DNA of 63,774 bases, counting the filler, from Thraustochytrium aureum (Eukaryota), in assembly GCA_012862495.1 (NCBI GenBank). It is 5 parts of 2 records of this genome, joined end to end, with 100 filler letters (N's around TTAATTAATTAA, not from the genome) between each part and the next. Parts side by side here need not be neighbours in the genome. Positions count along the whole stretch, not along the records: positions 1 to 23,827 come from BLSG01000216.1; 4 more parts are not named here. One strand, given 5' to 3'. Below are positions 9,646-21,462 of this stretch, one piece after another. The notes beneath the pieces are model-generated. The model worked only from the letters and a program-made list of their open reading frames with translations. It searched no databases and had not been told where the DNA came from. The translations under genes were made by a program, and so were the position numbers. How positions within the stretch are numbered: the stretch's first letter is position 1; every line of letters starts with the position of its first letter.

Positions 9646-11189
9646 CGAAAGATGCTCCTTGCCGAAAAACATCGAGGGCTCCGCGGATTCGCCGAGCTCG
9701 CACGCGAAACTTGGAACGCCGTAGACGCCGTCCCGCTCAACGGCATCGCGCAACACGTTATCCAGCGCCTCGTTGCCAGGTCCGTCAACGCCGGCGTACA
9801 CGCTGAACCCAGCGCCAGGAGCACCACTCTGCTCGACCATTCCGCGCACGTCGTCGAGGTCCTCAAGATTGGCCTCGCGCCGCCAGAGGCGAGGGAACGC
9901 CACATCGACCAAGAAGCGATCTAGCACATGCCGGCCATGCGACTTGCAGTACAGCATGGCCTTGAGGATTAGGCGCGAGTCCCAAACCCGTTCGGTCCCA
10001 AACAAGGTGATTCCGCGAAGGTTTGCGTACCGCCGAAGGTCCCCGTAGGACCACTTGATCAAGTTGAATTGCGCCTGGTCCCGCGCCTTGCGGCCCTCAA
10101 CGACAGCGGCGCGCTCGGCCTCGGTGCGAAAGGAAGACGGGTTTTGGCACTCTAGACCCCGGCCCCTTCTTGAGGGGCGCCTTGGCGTCGCCGTACACAC
10201 TCGCCAGAGCGAGATCGAAGGGGAGCCAATCAATATGGACGTCAAAGTCCCCTTCGAGCGCCATTGCCATCTCCACCGCAAGGTAAGCGTGGGGGCTTTT
10301 GATGTCGAGGTAGACCCGAACAACTTTGCCAGCTGTGTGCCGGTGGCCCCTGTTGAGCGAGTTGCTGCGGTACCGCGCGAGCCACGTCGAGGGGCCGCTC
10401 CGAGATGCCCTCGCCAATGATCCAGGCATGCCAGGCGCGGTTCTGTCAATCACGGGTTCAGGGATGCGCCAGGCACATGCGACGTCCGGCACAACGCCAG
10501 CGCGCCGCGCCAAGCCACTCTGGTCCAACTGCAAGCGGATCATCGAGAGCCCGAGGACGAGGTAGCCCATGACGCCGTTCGGCGCCACAACGCATGGTGT
10601 CCCGAACACGAGACGCTCGCTATGGGCTACGGGCTCGGTCATGCGGATGGGACCTTGGCCAAATCGTTCTTCAGCCCACTCGCGAAGCACTCGCGGCGAC
10701 GCAGGCGACCGGCGGCCGAGGAGCTCGCGCAGGATCCCGTGTATGGTCGCATCGCTTCGATGATCTGTCCTTGAGTCGTGAAAGGCCTCAAAGCCGCGGT
10801 AAGCAAACTCGAGCGAAAGCTGAGGGGCGTGCAGCGCCGTCCAAGCGAGCGCGACGAGGAGGGCGTGCGAGTCTGCCTCGTCGCCCTCCAAGGGCTGCGC
10901 CGCAAGCTGCTGGAGTTGGGCGTAGCGTTGAAACGTCAGCGCCTTCTGCCGCGCGACGCGCTCTGACCGCGACGTTCCTGTGGACTGCCCTTTGGCCAGG
11001 ACCCCGTTGCCATGCTTTGGGCTCCGGTTGGCTGGTCTCGAAGGGCAGGACGACCACGTCGACCTTGTAGTCTCGAGGCAGCGTCTTGAGCGGCCCGCGC
11101 CGGTTGCACAGCAGGTAAGACGAGCCCGATTTAAAGTCTACAAGAACGTGCACCGTCCGCTCATTCGCGCGCTGCACGGGCCGGGACAT
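9646..11189 (-). CDS. Tandem DsbA-like / 2-hydroxychromene-2-carboxylate isomerase (kappa-GST-like) protein; indels near ~10120 and ~10900; 3' end in gap
   Basis: Domain 2 has VYLDIKSPHAYLA..IDWLPF, SYGDLRRYANLRGI, VWDS, GVYGVPSF and FFGKEHL; domain 1 has the degenerate equivalents VLVDFKSGSSYL..VLPF and LVFGTPCVV. Confidence 0.78.
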
Positions 11190-11753
11190 CGTGCCGAGCT
11201 CTGTTCTGCTGCTGCTCTGGCAAGGGGGAGGACTGACGGGCGGCTGACCCTGGATGGGAGGCCTTGATCGCGCCCACGCAGCCTGCCCCTCCCTTAATTC
11301 ACAGCGCTCGGCTCAACGGAAGCCCCCAGCTGCCGGCGCTGGCGCGCTCCGCTCGACCCAGGAGGACCGGGCTCGTGCGCTAGCCCTCGAGCTACATACA
11401 GACCTGCAACGCCCGGNNNNNNNNNNNNNNNNNNNNNNNNNNNNNNNNNNNNNNNNNNNNNNNNNNNNNNNNNNNNNNNNNNNNNNNNNNNNNNNNNNNN
11501 NNNNNNNNNNNNNNNNNNNNNNNNNNNNNNNNNNNNNNNNNNNNNNNNNNNNNNNNNNNNNNNNNNNNNNNNNNNNNNNNNNNNNNNNNNNNNNNNNNNN
11601 NNNNNNNNNNNNNNNNNNNNNNNNNNNNNNNNNNNNNNNNNNNNNNNNNNNNNNNNNNNNNNNNNNNNNNNNNNNNNNNNNNNNNNNNNNNNNNNNNNNN
11701 NNNNNNNNNNNNNNNNNNNNNNNNNNNNNNNNNNNNNNNNNNNNNNNNNNNNN

Positions 11754-12661
11754 GGCCTCACGCTGCGTGGCGACGTTCGCTGGCTCTGGCGCGGGGCGGC
11801 CCAAGACCGTCCGGGACAGGGCGACCGGGACGATATCTGTGACGCCAAGCGACGGGAGCTACAACGCCGTCGTCGTGCTCACGCACGGCCTCGGCGACAC
11901 CGCCGAAGGGTTTGCGGACGTGGCGCAGATGTTCGCCGCCCAGCTTCAAGGGGTCAAGTTTGTGCTGCCGACGGCCCCCACGCAGCCCGTGACCCTGAAT
12001 GGCGGCATGGTTATGCCGAGCTGGTACGACATCGCCGGGCTCACGGACAGGGCCAGCGAGACGTGCGAGGGCATTGAGACCAGCGCCGCGACGGTGCGCG
12101 GCATTCTCGCTGACGAGCACCAGCGCGCGGGCATTCCGTACTCGCGCATGATGCTCGCCGGGTTCAGCCAGGGTGGCGCGCTCTCGCTCTTTACGGGCTT
12201 GCAGATGCCTGCGGACCAGCGCCTTGCCGGCCTGCTCGTGCTGTCCGGCTACTTGGCTGCGGCCTCAAAGTTCAAGCTCACGCCGGAGCTGCGCGACACG
12301 CCCGTCTTGCACTGCCATGGCACAGGCGACCCCATGGTGCGGTTTCCAGTGGGCGGAGCAGACCAGGGACTCTGTGGTCGCGATGGGGGCCACCAACTAC
12401 GTCTTGCGCCCGTTCCAGGGGATGCCGCACACGGTCATCGCAGAGGAGCTCGGCATTGCGCTGGAGTTCATCCGCACTAGTTTGGCGGCCAGCTCCAGTT
12501 CTGCTGGTGCCGTGCCGGCCAAGCCTGTGGACGAGATGAGCGTGCAGGAGCTCAAGGCCGCGATCCAGCGGGCCGGGCTGGGAAGCCAGGCCGTCGGCCT
12601 TCTGGAAAAGAAGGACTTTGTTGACCTCCTCAAGCGCAGCGCCGCCAAGGACGAGCTCTAG
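11754..12661 (+). CDS. Acyl-protein thioesterase / lysophospholipase (abhydrolase_2) with C-terminal SAP-like helical extension; 5' end in gap; +1 indel ~12343-12347
   Basis: HGLGDT, PTAPTQPVTLNGGMVMPSWYDI, nucleophile GFSQGG, CHGTGDPMV and GMPH give a complete Ser-Asp-His triad. Confidence 0.92.
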
Positions 12662-13067
12662 CGATCGACCTCCCCGCACGCCCTTGATCGACGAGCTCGC
12701 TCCACCGCACCAGCCCCAAACGCGCGACCAACCGCAGCTCGCGGCACGGACCGCCAGCCACTACGCAGGTGCTGCGAGTCCAGTAAGGTAGAGCACTCTC
12801 GCAACAAAGTCCGTCCCTCTCCCTGCCTCCCATGCATCCGCGCCCGCGCCACCATCAACGCCAGCCGACGAGGGCCTCGCCCTCCTGCCGAGCGTGGCGC
12901 CCGCCCCGCATGGGGGCGTGGTCACCATGCACGAACGCGGCGAGAGCCCGCTCGGCAAGTGCAAGAAAAGCAACAAACAAGAGCAACGAAAGCGACAAAG
13001 AGGGTCTGGTGAGCGCACGCGAGGAGTCTGTCTGTCGTCGCTGGCCAGTCACGTCCTCCATCGCCAA

Positions 13068-13137
13068 CAGCAGCAGCAGCAGAGCAGCAGCAGAGCAGCA
13101 GCAGAGCAGCAGCAGAGCAGCAGCAGAGCAGAGCAGA
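13068..13137. repeat. Compound CAG/AGAGC minisatellite (~11-nt unit), followed by (TCGA)n at ~13173-13192
   Basis: Directly visible cagcagcagcagcagagcagcagcagagcag... and tcgatcgatcgatcgatcga. Confidence 0.9.
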
Positions 13138-13295
13138 CCTGTTGGTGGAGTCGCGCAGGAGGGCGCTCTCAGTCGATCGATCGATCGATCGATTGATTGG
13201 TTGATCTGTTCGTTGTCGTCCGGCGTTGGTTGGTTGGTCGTGCGCGGGGGATTGGCGAGGCGGGGCTTCGCGCGCGGGGATCGCGATTGGGCGGG

Positions 13296-13843
13296 ATGAA
13301 GCCCGCCGCCAGGACGGCATGGGCCGCCGCGAAAGGCAGGAGGACGGCGCTTGCGCTGGGGAGGTTTAATGCGCCGATGGAGCGCAGGTGGGCCGCCGCG
13401 CTCGCGGTGCAGACGCGGGAGTTTCGCGTGACGCAGCCCAAGGAGAACACGCCGCTGGTCGTCGGCCTGTCCGTGGCTGCGATCGCGTACGGTGGCAAGC
13501 TTGTCGTGGAGGCCATCGACAGGCGGCAGGCGGCAAAGGTGGCCGCTGAGGCCGCCAAGGCGGCCGGCGAGAAGCCCAAGGTGGGCGAAGGCGAGGACGA
13601 GGGACCCTCCTGGCTGAGCTGGCTCAACTTTAACCTCGGCAAGCGGTCTACGAGGGCGGCTTTGAGGAAGAGATGACGCGCCGCGAGGCGGCGCTCATCC
13701 TCGGCGTCCGCGAGAGCGCGCCGCGCGAAAAGGTCCGCGAGGCGCACCGCCGGCTCGCGATGCTCAACCACCCTGACACTGGCGGCTCGACGTTTATTGC
13801 GAGCAAGATCAACGAGGCCAAGGACAAGCTGCTGGGCTCCTAA
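13296..13843 (+). CDS. PAM18: Mitochondrial import motor J-protein PAM18/TIM14 (DNAJC15/19 family); 1-nt deletion ~13647
   Basis: Presequence-like N-terminus, [17 protein letters not shown], then after the shift [51 protein letters not shown]. Confidence 0.93.
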
Positions 13844-13940
13844 GGCGTGGCTTGCAGCCTGCATAGTGTATGAAAAACCGAGAACCGAATTTTCGCTCCG
13901 GGCCGAATCCGGCCGCCCGCGCTTGACTTGCAGCTTTCCT

Positions 13941-16348
13941 CTAAATGATTAGCTCCACGCGCGAGCGGGCGGCGCGCTCGCGCAGTTTGCGCCCGCTCGG
14001 CTCGAGCGCTGCAACGGGGTTGCCGCTCACGTTGAGGCGCCTCAGCGTGTCGCGGCTCGCGCGCATCATCTCGAGCAGGCCATCCACGCAAGTGAAGTTG
14101 TTGCGGGCGAGGTTGAGCGCGCTCACCCTTGCGCACGCCCAGACCGCCGTCAGCTTGTTGTCCTGGATCCGCAACTCCCGGAGGACCGAGCCCTCTGGCG
14201 GCTCTGGGACCGCGGCGAGTCCGTTGCTCTGGAGCTCGCACTTGACGAGCTTGGGGAACGTCGCGAAAAGGCTAGCGGGGACTCGCCCCAGCTTGTTGCG
14301 CCCCGCCAAAAGCTCTTCCAGCCCGAACGGGCCGCGCTCCTCGGCGCGGTCTTTGCCGGCGACGGATAGGCTTGCAGCGCCAAGTGCGTTGCAGCTAACG
14401 TTCAGGTGGACGAGAGCCCCTGCGAGCGAAGCCAAGTGAGGCACGTTGAGATCGTGCAGGCTGTTGTGCTGGAGCATGAGCCGAGCCAGACTCGGGAACG
14501 GCTCGCAGAGCTCAAAGGCCGTCAACTTGTTGTTCTCAAGGCTCAGCTCGCGCAACCGCGGGCAAGCCGAGATCGAGAACGACTCTATGAGGTTGTGGTC
14601 CAGGCGCAGCCGGCAGAGCGCCGGAAGCGGCCCTTCGATATCGATCGCGCCGCGCAATAGGTTGCTCGTGAGCGAGAGCAGCTCGAGCTTGCTCGAGCCA
14701 CATAGCGCAGCAAGCGCGCCAAATGACGCGATCTTGTTGCGAGCAAGCTTGACAATCTCCAACGAGCCGCGCATCCGCTCGAGCCCCCCCGGCAGGCTCC
14801 CAAGCCCGCACTGCTCCGCATTTAGGACTCTCAAGCGCGACAAGCTGCATATCTCCTCGGGTAGCGCGCCAAGACGTCCGTTCCCAGAGACATCAAGGAC
14901 CTCGAGCACGGCAAGAGCCCCAATGCTTGCGTCGAGGCCTTCAAGCCTGCAGTCGCTCACGTTCAAAGCCACGAGGCGCTTCAGCCCGATAGCCACCTCT
15001 CGCGCTGGGAACACCGCAAATAGGTTGCTCGGCGCGTGAAGCACTTGCAAGCCCGAGAGCTCCGCGAACGCGTCCGGGAGCTTGCTCAGCCCAAGGCCGG
15101 CAAGGCCCAAGACCGCTCGGCCTTTGATGACCTCGAGCTGGGCCGCTCTCGCCACGTCCAGCTGCTCGAGCTCAGCACGGAGAGATCGAGCTGCCCGGGC
15201 CCGCCCTTGGACCACCAAGGCTACCTCCCTCTCGAAGAGGACGGTCGGGCGCTCCCAGACCTTTTCCCCAGTTGCAGCGCAATAATAGAACGGCGTGCCT
15301 CGGTCTGTACAGTGCGCCGACCAGTCCTTGTCCTTTTCGGGGGTAACAATGCCGAGAATCAAAGCCTTTTTGACGCTCTCCTTTGTGGCAGACTGGAACT
15401 GGCCCAAAGCGCGGATCAGGCGCTTCGCCTCGAGCACGGCGGCACACTTTTCGCGTCGCAAGAGCGACTCGGGCTTTTCCAGCTCCTTGCAAATAGCCGC
15501 AACCCGCACGCGCAGTTTCTGCATCGCCTCTGCGCCCACGAGTCGCACGGCTCGCTCGTCTTCTTGGATATCCCTTGCAGCGATGCGCAGTTGCTTTATC
15601 CCATGAGGTGCGATCTCGGCGTCTTCGGGCTCGCCGCGGCCGCGGGAACCGCCCTGGGCTGACCGCGCGCGAGTGCTGTCGGCCTCGAGGGCCTCAAGGG
15701 CCGTGTTGCACGCGATCTTCGAGTTTTCAATCTCGACCAGTTTGAGCGCCGCTCGCTCTAGGGCCGCAGCCGAGCCTTGGCGTCGCCTTGGCAGTCTTGG
15801 CCGCCATAACTCTGCTTAAGCCGGGCCCCCAGCGCGGCCTCCCCCTCGTAGGCGGTCAAGCTGGCCAACGCGGCGTTCGGGTCGGGCTTTGGTCGCTTCT
15901 TGTGCCACTTGCCCGCCCCCGTCCCAGGAACTTGTCGCGCACGCGCAGACCTCGCGCGGAGCCCGCCGGAAACAGCCAGCTCAGGATGCGCCGCTCGCCA
16001 CTTGCGCATTTTCTCTTTCTCGGCCAGGGACCGCTCTAACATGTCGCGCTCGTTCCATATCGCGCCTCGCCTTCCGGTGGCGCCGACCATGGGCTTGCCA
16101 ACGTCAACCCATTCGCGGACTTGGCCTCCGTTGGGGCCCCGTTTCTCGCAGTCGGGCGCTCCGTCGTCCTGTTCCCGACTTGCTGTCTTTTTCAAGCGCG
16201 ACTTCCACGAGCGCTCCGTCGCGCCGGGCAGCGGATTGCCCTTGGACTTCCAATGCTGCTCGGCCCGCTCGGCCTCCGCGTCTGGCCCGCCTTCTGGCGG
16301 GCTCACCAGCGGCGTTGCCGGCCCTTGCGGCGCTCGCGTCGCGCGCAT
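13941..16348 (-). CDS. WW-domain + leucine-rich-repeat protein; the N-terminal part (15549-16348) is joined through indels
   Basis: WW domain DWSAHCTDRGTPFYYCAATGEKVWERP; many LxxLxLxxN repeats (LEVLDVSGN, LRELSLENN, LRELRIQDN, LRRLNVSGNP). Confidence 0.82.
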
Positions 16349-16478
16349 CGGCCAGGCGTCCAGCCCCGGATCGGTTGGCCTCGCGGTCGCCCAGGTCGCG
16401 CAGTGACCCGTGCAGGGACTGCACTGTTTGGTGGTGGGATTTGGGCGGTGTGGTTGCGTTATTGCGAAGCGCTGTCCA

Positions 16479-16538
16479 GGTGGATGCGTAGGTGGATGCG
16501 TAGATGGATGCGAAGGTGGATGCGAAGGCGGATGCGGG
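16479..16538. repeat. Five tandem copies of a 12-bp unit (consensus GGTGGATGCGWA)
   Basis: ggtggatgcgta ggtggatgcgta gatggatgcgaa ggtggatgcgaa ggcggatgcggg. Confidence 0.92.
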
Positions 16539-16876
16539 CGCTCCGACGCGCGCCCCGATCGGTTTTGAGCTTGCGGGCGCGACGCCACTCGGACGGTCGG
16601 CGACCCTGCGCAACCCGGCCAACCTGAGCGCATCGACCGGTCAGCGAGCGCTCGACGAGAGGTGAGGAAATTGGGGCCTTCTGTAACGGTCCTACTGGGC
16701 GCAACGAACATCACTTGTAGGGTCATCATTGGGGCGCAAGCCTGTCGTTCGCGTCTTTTGCACGCTGTGCCTCGAAGGCAGCTGGTACAGAACTCGAGCA
16801 AGTCCAAGGACACGCTCTGTTATTTGGAGAAGGATTCTGCTGGTATGTAGGATTGGTCAAGGTTTTCGGGTTTTGG

Positions 16877-18391
16877 CTACGTCTCGCTGACGCTTCTTCG
16901 AGACCACCACGACGCAGGCTCAAACCAGGCAAACCGGCTCGGCGAGCCCCGCGCGCTGTCTCGTGGGCCGCCGCTCTTTGGGCCGCCCTGTGCTGCAGCG
17001 ACGCCAATCCGCCACAGGTCGCGCTTTCCAAATAGTTGAATACTCCGCTGCAGCGCGTAGGGGTAGGCTGCCTGGAATATGTCAAAGCCGGGGTCGCCGA
17101 CCACGGCGATGCCCTCGAGAACTATCAGCGCCCTTGTGATGAGCGCAAAGTAGTCCGGAACTAAGAAAGGGTAGTCAAAGAACACCCCATTGAGCTCGCT
17201 GGAGACCTCCTTGAAGCGTTTTCGGCGCGACTCGATGGCTGCGTAGCCCGACTCCTGGCCCCGACTCCCCAGCACCCGAAGGTCCGTCGCTCAGCCGCGT
17301 GTGGTGGACCAAGTTGCGGGCCTCGTCGTGAATGTCGAGCTTGCTCTCCTCGAAAATCTTGGTCAAATCACGCAACAAAGCTTGCCTGTCCACTTCGCGC
17401 GGAAGAAAGCCGAGGTGCACGGCGTCCTCGAGGAGGCCAGGGACGTCGCCGTCCATGAGGTGCACGATAGCCTCTGTCATGTTGCGGGTGTCTGGGAGCG
17501 GGACCTTGGCGCATAGCCCAAAATCTATGAGGCACAGGCGCTCCTCCTTGTCAACGAGCAGGTTGCCGGGGTGGGGGTCTGCGTGGAAAAACCCGATCTC
17601 CAACAGCTGTTTGAGGAAGCACTCAACCCCAACCGGCACGAGTTTTGCGATGACGCTCGGTGATGAGCGAACGAGCTGTTCGCCCTCAATCCACTCCGTG
17701 GTGAGAACCTTGCGCGAGGTGCCGGCCCAGAACACGCAGGGGACGCGCACCTTGCCGCGCATACGCGGCACGAGCTCGTTCTGGAACCGCTCCTGGTTTC
17801 GGCCCTCGTTTTGGTAGTCCAGCTCGAGGTAGCTTCCCTCGGCAAAGCAGTCGAGCAGCTCCACATCGAACTGCTTGCGCGGCGAGAGCAGCCCTAGGCT
17901 CATCAGCGCGCCCTTGAAGAACTCCACCGCCTGACAGTACTTGCGCATTATGTACAGGTCGAGCGCCACGGCGCGGATCATGTCTGGCCGCTGCACCTTC
18001 ACCGCGACCAATTTGCCCGAGTCCTTCAACCGCAGTTGGTACACCTGGCCGAGACTCGCTGCAGCCACGGGGATCGAATCGACGCCGAGGCCGTCCATGT
18101 TCGCCAGAGCCTCCGAGCCGAGCTCGTCGCGGATTATCTCCATCGCTTGCGCGGTTGGGAACGAGGGCACGGCATCGCACAACTTTTGCAGCTCTTGAAG
18201 AACTGCCTGTGGAAGCAAGTCGGGCCGCGTTGACAGCATCTGGCCGAACTTGATGAACGCCGGGCCGAGGCCCACAAGCAGGTCGCGGAGCTCGCTGGCG
18301 CGCTCGGCCTGCGCGACTTCCTCGTGCAATAGGCCGCGCTTTCGCAGCCACAGCGTCTCCATGCCGAAGGGGCCCAGCACGGCGAGAATCT
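16877..18391 (-). CDS. ABC1/UbiB atypical protein kinase; 5' end in gap; +1 indel ~17259-17262
   Basis: LGPAFIKFGQMLSTRPDL, AAASLGQVY, VAVKVQRP, ELDY..EGRN, FFHADPHPGNL, IDFG, PFLVPDYFALITRALIVLEG. Confidence 0.95.
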
Positions 18392-19145
18392 NNNNNNNNN
18401 NNNNNNNNNNNNNNNNNNNNNNNNNNNNNNNNNNNNNNNNNNNNNNNNNNNNNNNNNNNNNNNNNNNNNNNNNNNNNNNNNNNNNNNNNNNNNNNNNNNN
18501 NNNNNNNNNNNNNNNNNNNNNNNNNNNNNNNNNNNNNNNNNNNNNNNNNNNNNNNNNNNNNNNNNNNNNNNNNNNNNNNNNNNNNNNNNNNNNNNNNNNN
18601 NNNNNNNNNNNNNNNNNNNNNNNNNNNNNNNNNNNNNNNNNNNNNNNNNNNNNNNNNNNNNNNNNNNNNNNNNNNNNNNNNNNNNNNNNNNNNNNNNNNN
18701 NNNNNNNNNNNNNNNNNNNNNNNNNNNNNNNNNNNNNNNNNNNNNNNNNNNNNNNNNNNNNNNNNNNNNNNNNNNNNNNNNNNNNNNNNNNNNNNNNNNN
18801 NNNNNNNNNNNNNNNNNNNNNNNNNNNNNNNNNNNNNNNNNNNNNNNNNNNNNNNNNNNNNNNNNNNNNNNNNNNNNNNNNNNNNNNNNNNNNNNNNNNN
18901 NNNNNNNNNNNNNNNNNNNNNNNNNNNNNNNNNNNNNNNNNNNNNNNNNNNNNNNNNNNNNNNNNNNNNNNNNNNNNNNNNNNNNNNNNNNNNNNNNNNN
19001 NNNNNNNNNNNNNNNNNNNNNNNNNNNNNNNNCCGATCTCTCCGGGAAGCGCGGTGGGGGCCGGGCGCTGGTGCTGGCCACGGGCTGCCGCGGCTGCGCA
19101 GCTGCAGGTTTGCTGGAGGAAGGGCCTGAAGGCAGACGGGACGGG

Positions 19146-20092
19146 ATGGACAGGAGCGTTGGCGTTGGCGTCGGCGTCGGGCTCTCGGACCTCGCGCTCG
19201 TGTACCCCCTCGCCGTGCTGGCGTGCAGGCGCGAGGCCGGCGTGCCCCTGCGCGATGCCATCAGGGCTGGCAGGCTGTAAGTGTGGGCCGGTGGAGTTGG
19301 TGGTGCGCTCCTGACCGGGAAACCGCTGGCGCGACGATGCACGAGCTGACGGCTGTTTTGGCGGATTGGTCGCGAAGGTGGAGCGGCGCGGCGACGCAGG
19401 TGTCTCTGATCCCGTACTCGATTATGGTCGAGGCAGGCACGAAATGGGTTAGGCGCGAGGTTGATGCGCCGCCAGTGGTCGCTGCGCTTGTGATCTCTGG
19501 CCTGGTCAGCGTGGGACTCCAGCCTCTGGAGAAAAAGCTCGTCGTCGACCAGCTTTTGCAGTCAAAGCCCGCGGCCCCGGCCCAAGGGGGCGCTGCTCTC
19601 CGCGGCGGGCTCGGGCAGCTCCTGGAACCAGCTCGCGCGATTGCGCAGTACGGCCGCGAGAACGGCGCGCGGAGTCTTTACAAAGGGTTTGTGCCCCTCG
19701 CGATGCGCGAGTTTATCTACATAGCAGCGCTCTCGGTGGTAAACCCGCACGTGGTGTCCGCCGTCGAGCAGCACTTTGGCGACAGCGGCGGCCCGACGCT
19801 CGCCCCTGAAGCGCTCGGCGCGTTCGCCGTTGGATTCTCGGCCGGGATGATCTCTGCCCCGTGCCAGACGGTCAACGCGATGATGAAAGACGAGCGCAAC
19901 AAGAACAAGTCGCTCGGGACCGTTGTTCGCGAAGACGTTTTCGGCCGCGGGGGCGCTGCCGGCGTGCGCCGCCTGTTTTTCGGCGCAGCAACGCGGAGCG
20001 CGCGGTGTGGCGGCGCAGGCGTGCTCTACTTTGCTTGGAGAACTATTTTGGGAGCGACGCGCGACGTCGAGCCTGCGGCAGGCCAAGCGTGA
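19146..20092 (+). CDS. Divergent mitochondrial carrier (SLC25) family protein, two exons (19146-19276, 19378-20092)
   Basis: Three carrier-like repeats with YPLAVLACR, QPLEKKLV and APCQTVNAMM; GARSLYKGFVPLAMRE; splicing restores GRLWSG in frame. Confidence 0.8.
19277..19377 (+). other. Spliceosomal intron (101 nt)
   Basis: GTAAGT donor, GCTGAC branch-like site ~19345, AAG acceptor; removal fuses two ORFs in frame. Confidence 0.8.
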
Positions 20093-20164
20093 GGCCAGGC
20101 GCGCCTGTAGAGGCTGTAGTTCCCTTGAGGATTCATGGAACAGCTTCTTCACCGGCGGCAGCGC

Positions 20165-21411
20165 TTATTGCGGCCTTTTGGACCGCTTGGCCGGCGGCTC
20201 TCCGTCGAGCGTCTCGCCTGGCTCCCTTGCGGCCTTGGCGCCACCTGCAGCAAAACTTGAGGTGAGCAGGGACGTGGCGCCCAGGCTCGCCCGGCGCCGG
20301 CGCTCTGCCCGCGCTAGAGCCCCTTGGCAAGCTGTCGTGATGGCGGCTTGGGCGTTGCGCTCGCTCAGGCCGAACTGGCACCCGAGCAGAACCACCTCCT
20401 GCGGCGTCCGGCGGCGAAAGTCGGTTGCGTTGCCACTCGAGAGGATAATGCTTCCTGGCTTTGCGCGAGAGCCGTCATGGCCGCGCGTCACAAACCGCGT
20501 GAGTTGGCGCATCGCGGCGAAAGCTGCGTAGCGGTCCTTGTCGGCGGCGCAGGTAAGCGATGAATAATTAAACTCAGCCACGAGCCCGAGGCGACGGAGG
20601 GTGTCCATGTCTTTGCTTCCCGGCCGGTCCTGGCCTCTGCCGCGAGCGATGCCCAGGGGCACGCTCACCACGTCAAAAGCGAGGTCTTTCTTGCCTTCGA
20701 GAGAGGTGCTAGCGAGGTCGAGGAGAGCGACCAGCGCTGGGTAGCTCGTCGGGGAGACGGCCACGACGTCAAAGAGGTGCGTGTACGTGTTGCGCAGCGC
20801 GGCGTTCAGCCCAGCGACGGTCCCAAAGTGGAGCGTCACGCGGCTATACAGGTCCACAACGGGCTGACTCGCGCTCGCCTCCTGTCCGAGGCTCGCTGCC
20901 CGCTCCGACATGGGCACAGTCGGAAACCGTCCAAACACTTGTTGCAGCTCGCGCAACGCCGGCAGAGTTCGCGCAAGCCCCTTCACCCCTTGTTCTTCAC
21001 TGCCGCCACCTCCTCTTCCTCGCCCTGCACCTCGTCCACGCCAGCAGCCTGCATCGCGGCCTTGAGCGCGGCAGCCTCGTCGCAGTCCACTGGCACGTCA
21101 AGCGCCGCAGCGCCCCATNNNNNNNNNNNNNNNNNNNNNNNNNNNNNNNNNNNNNNNNNNNNNNNNNNNNNNNNNNNNNNNNNNNNNNNNNNNNNNNNNN
21201 NNNNNNNNNNNNNNNNNNNNNNNNNNNNNNNNNNNNNNNNNNNNNNNNNNNNNNNNNNNNNNNNNNNNNNNNNNNNNNNNNNNNNNNNNNNNNNNNNNNN
21301 NNNNNNNNNNNNNNNNNNNNNNNNNNNNNNNNNNNNNNNNNNNNNNNNNNNNNNNNNNNNNNNNNNNNTTTCAACTTCGCCTGGGCCACCCATCATCACT
21401 GCTCCTTGCAT
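20165..21411 (-). CDS. RPP30: RNase P/MRP subunit p30; gap 21119-21368, indel ~20985, start uncertain
   Basis: FDVVAVSP, FDVVSV, GLVAEFNYS, IILSSGNA...RRTPQEVVLLGCQFGLSERNAQAAIT match RPP30/Rpp1. Confidence 0.82.
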
Positions 21412-21462
21412 CTACTATCTCCCCAGGTCAGGAGAGCTGCAAGGGCCGGCCTGGCGCTCGAC

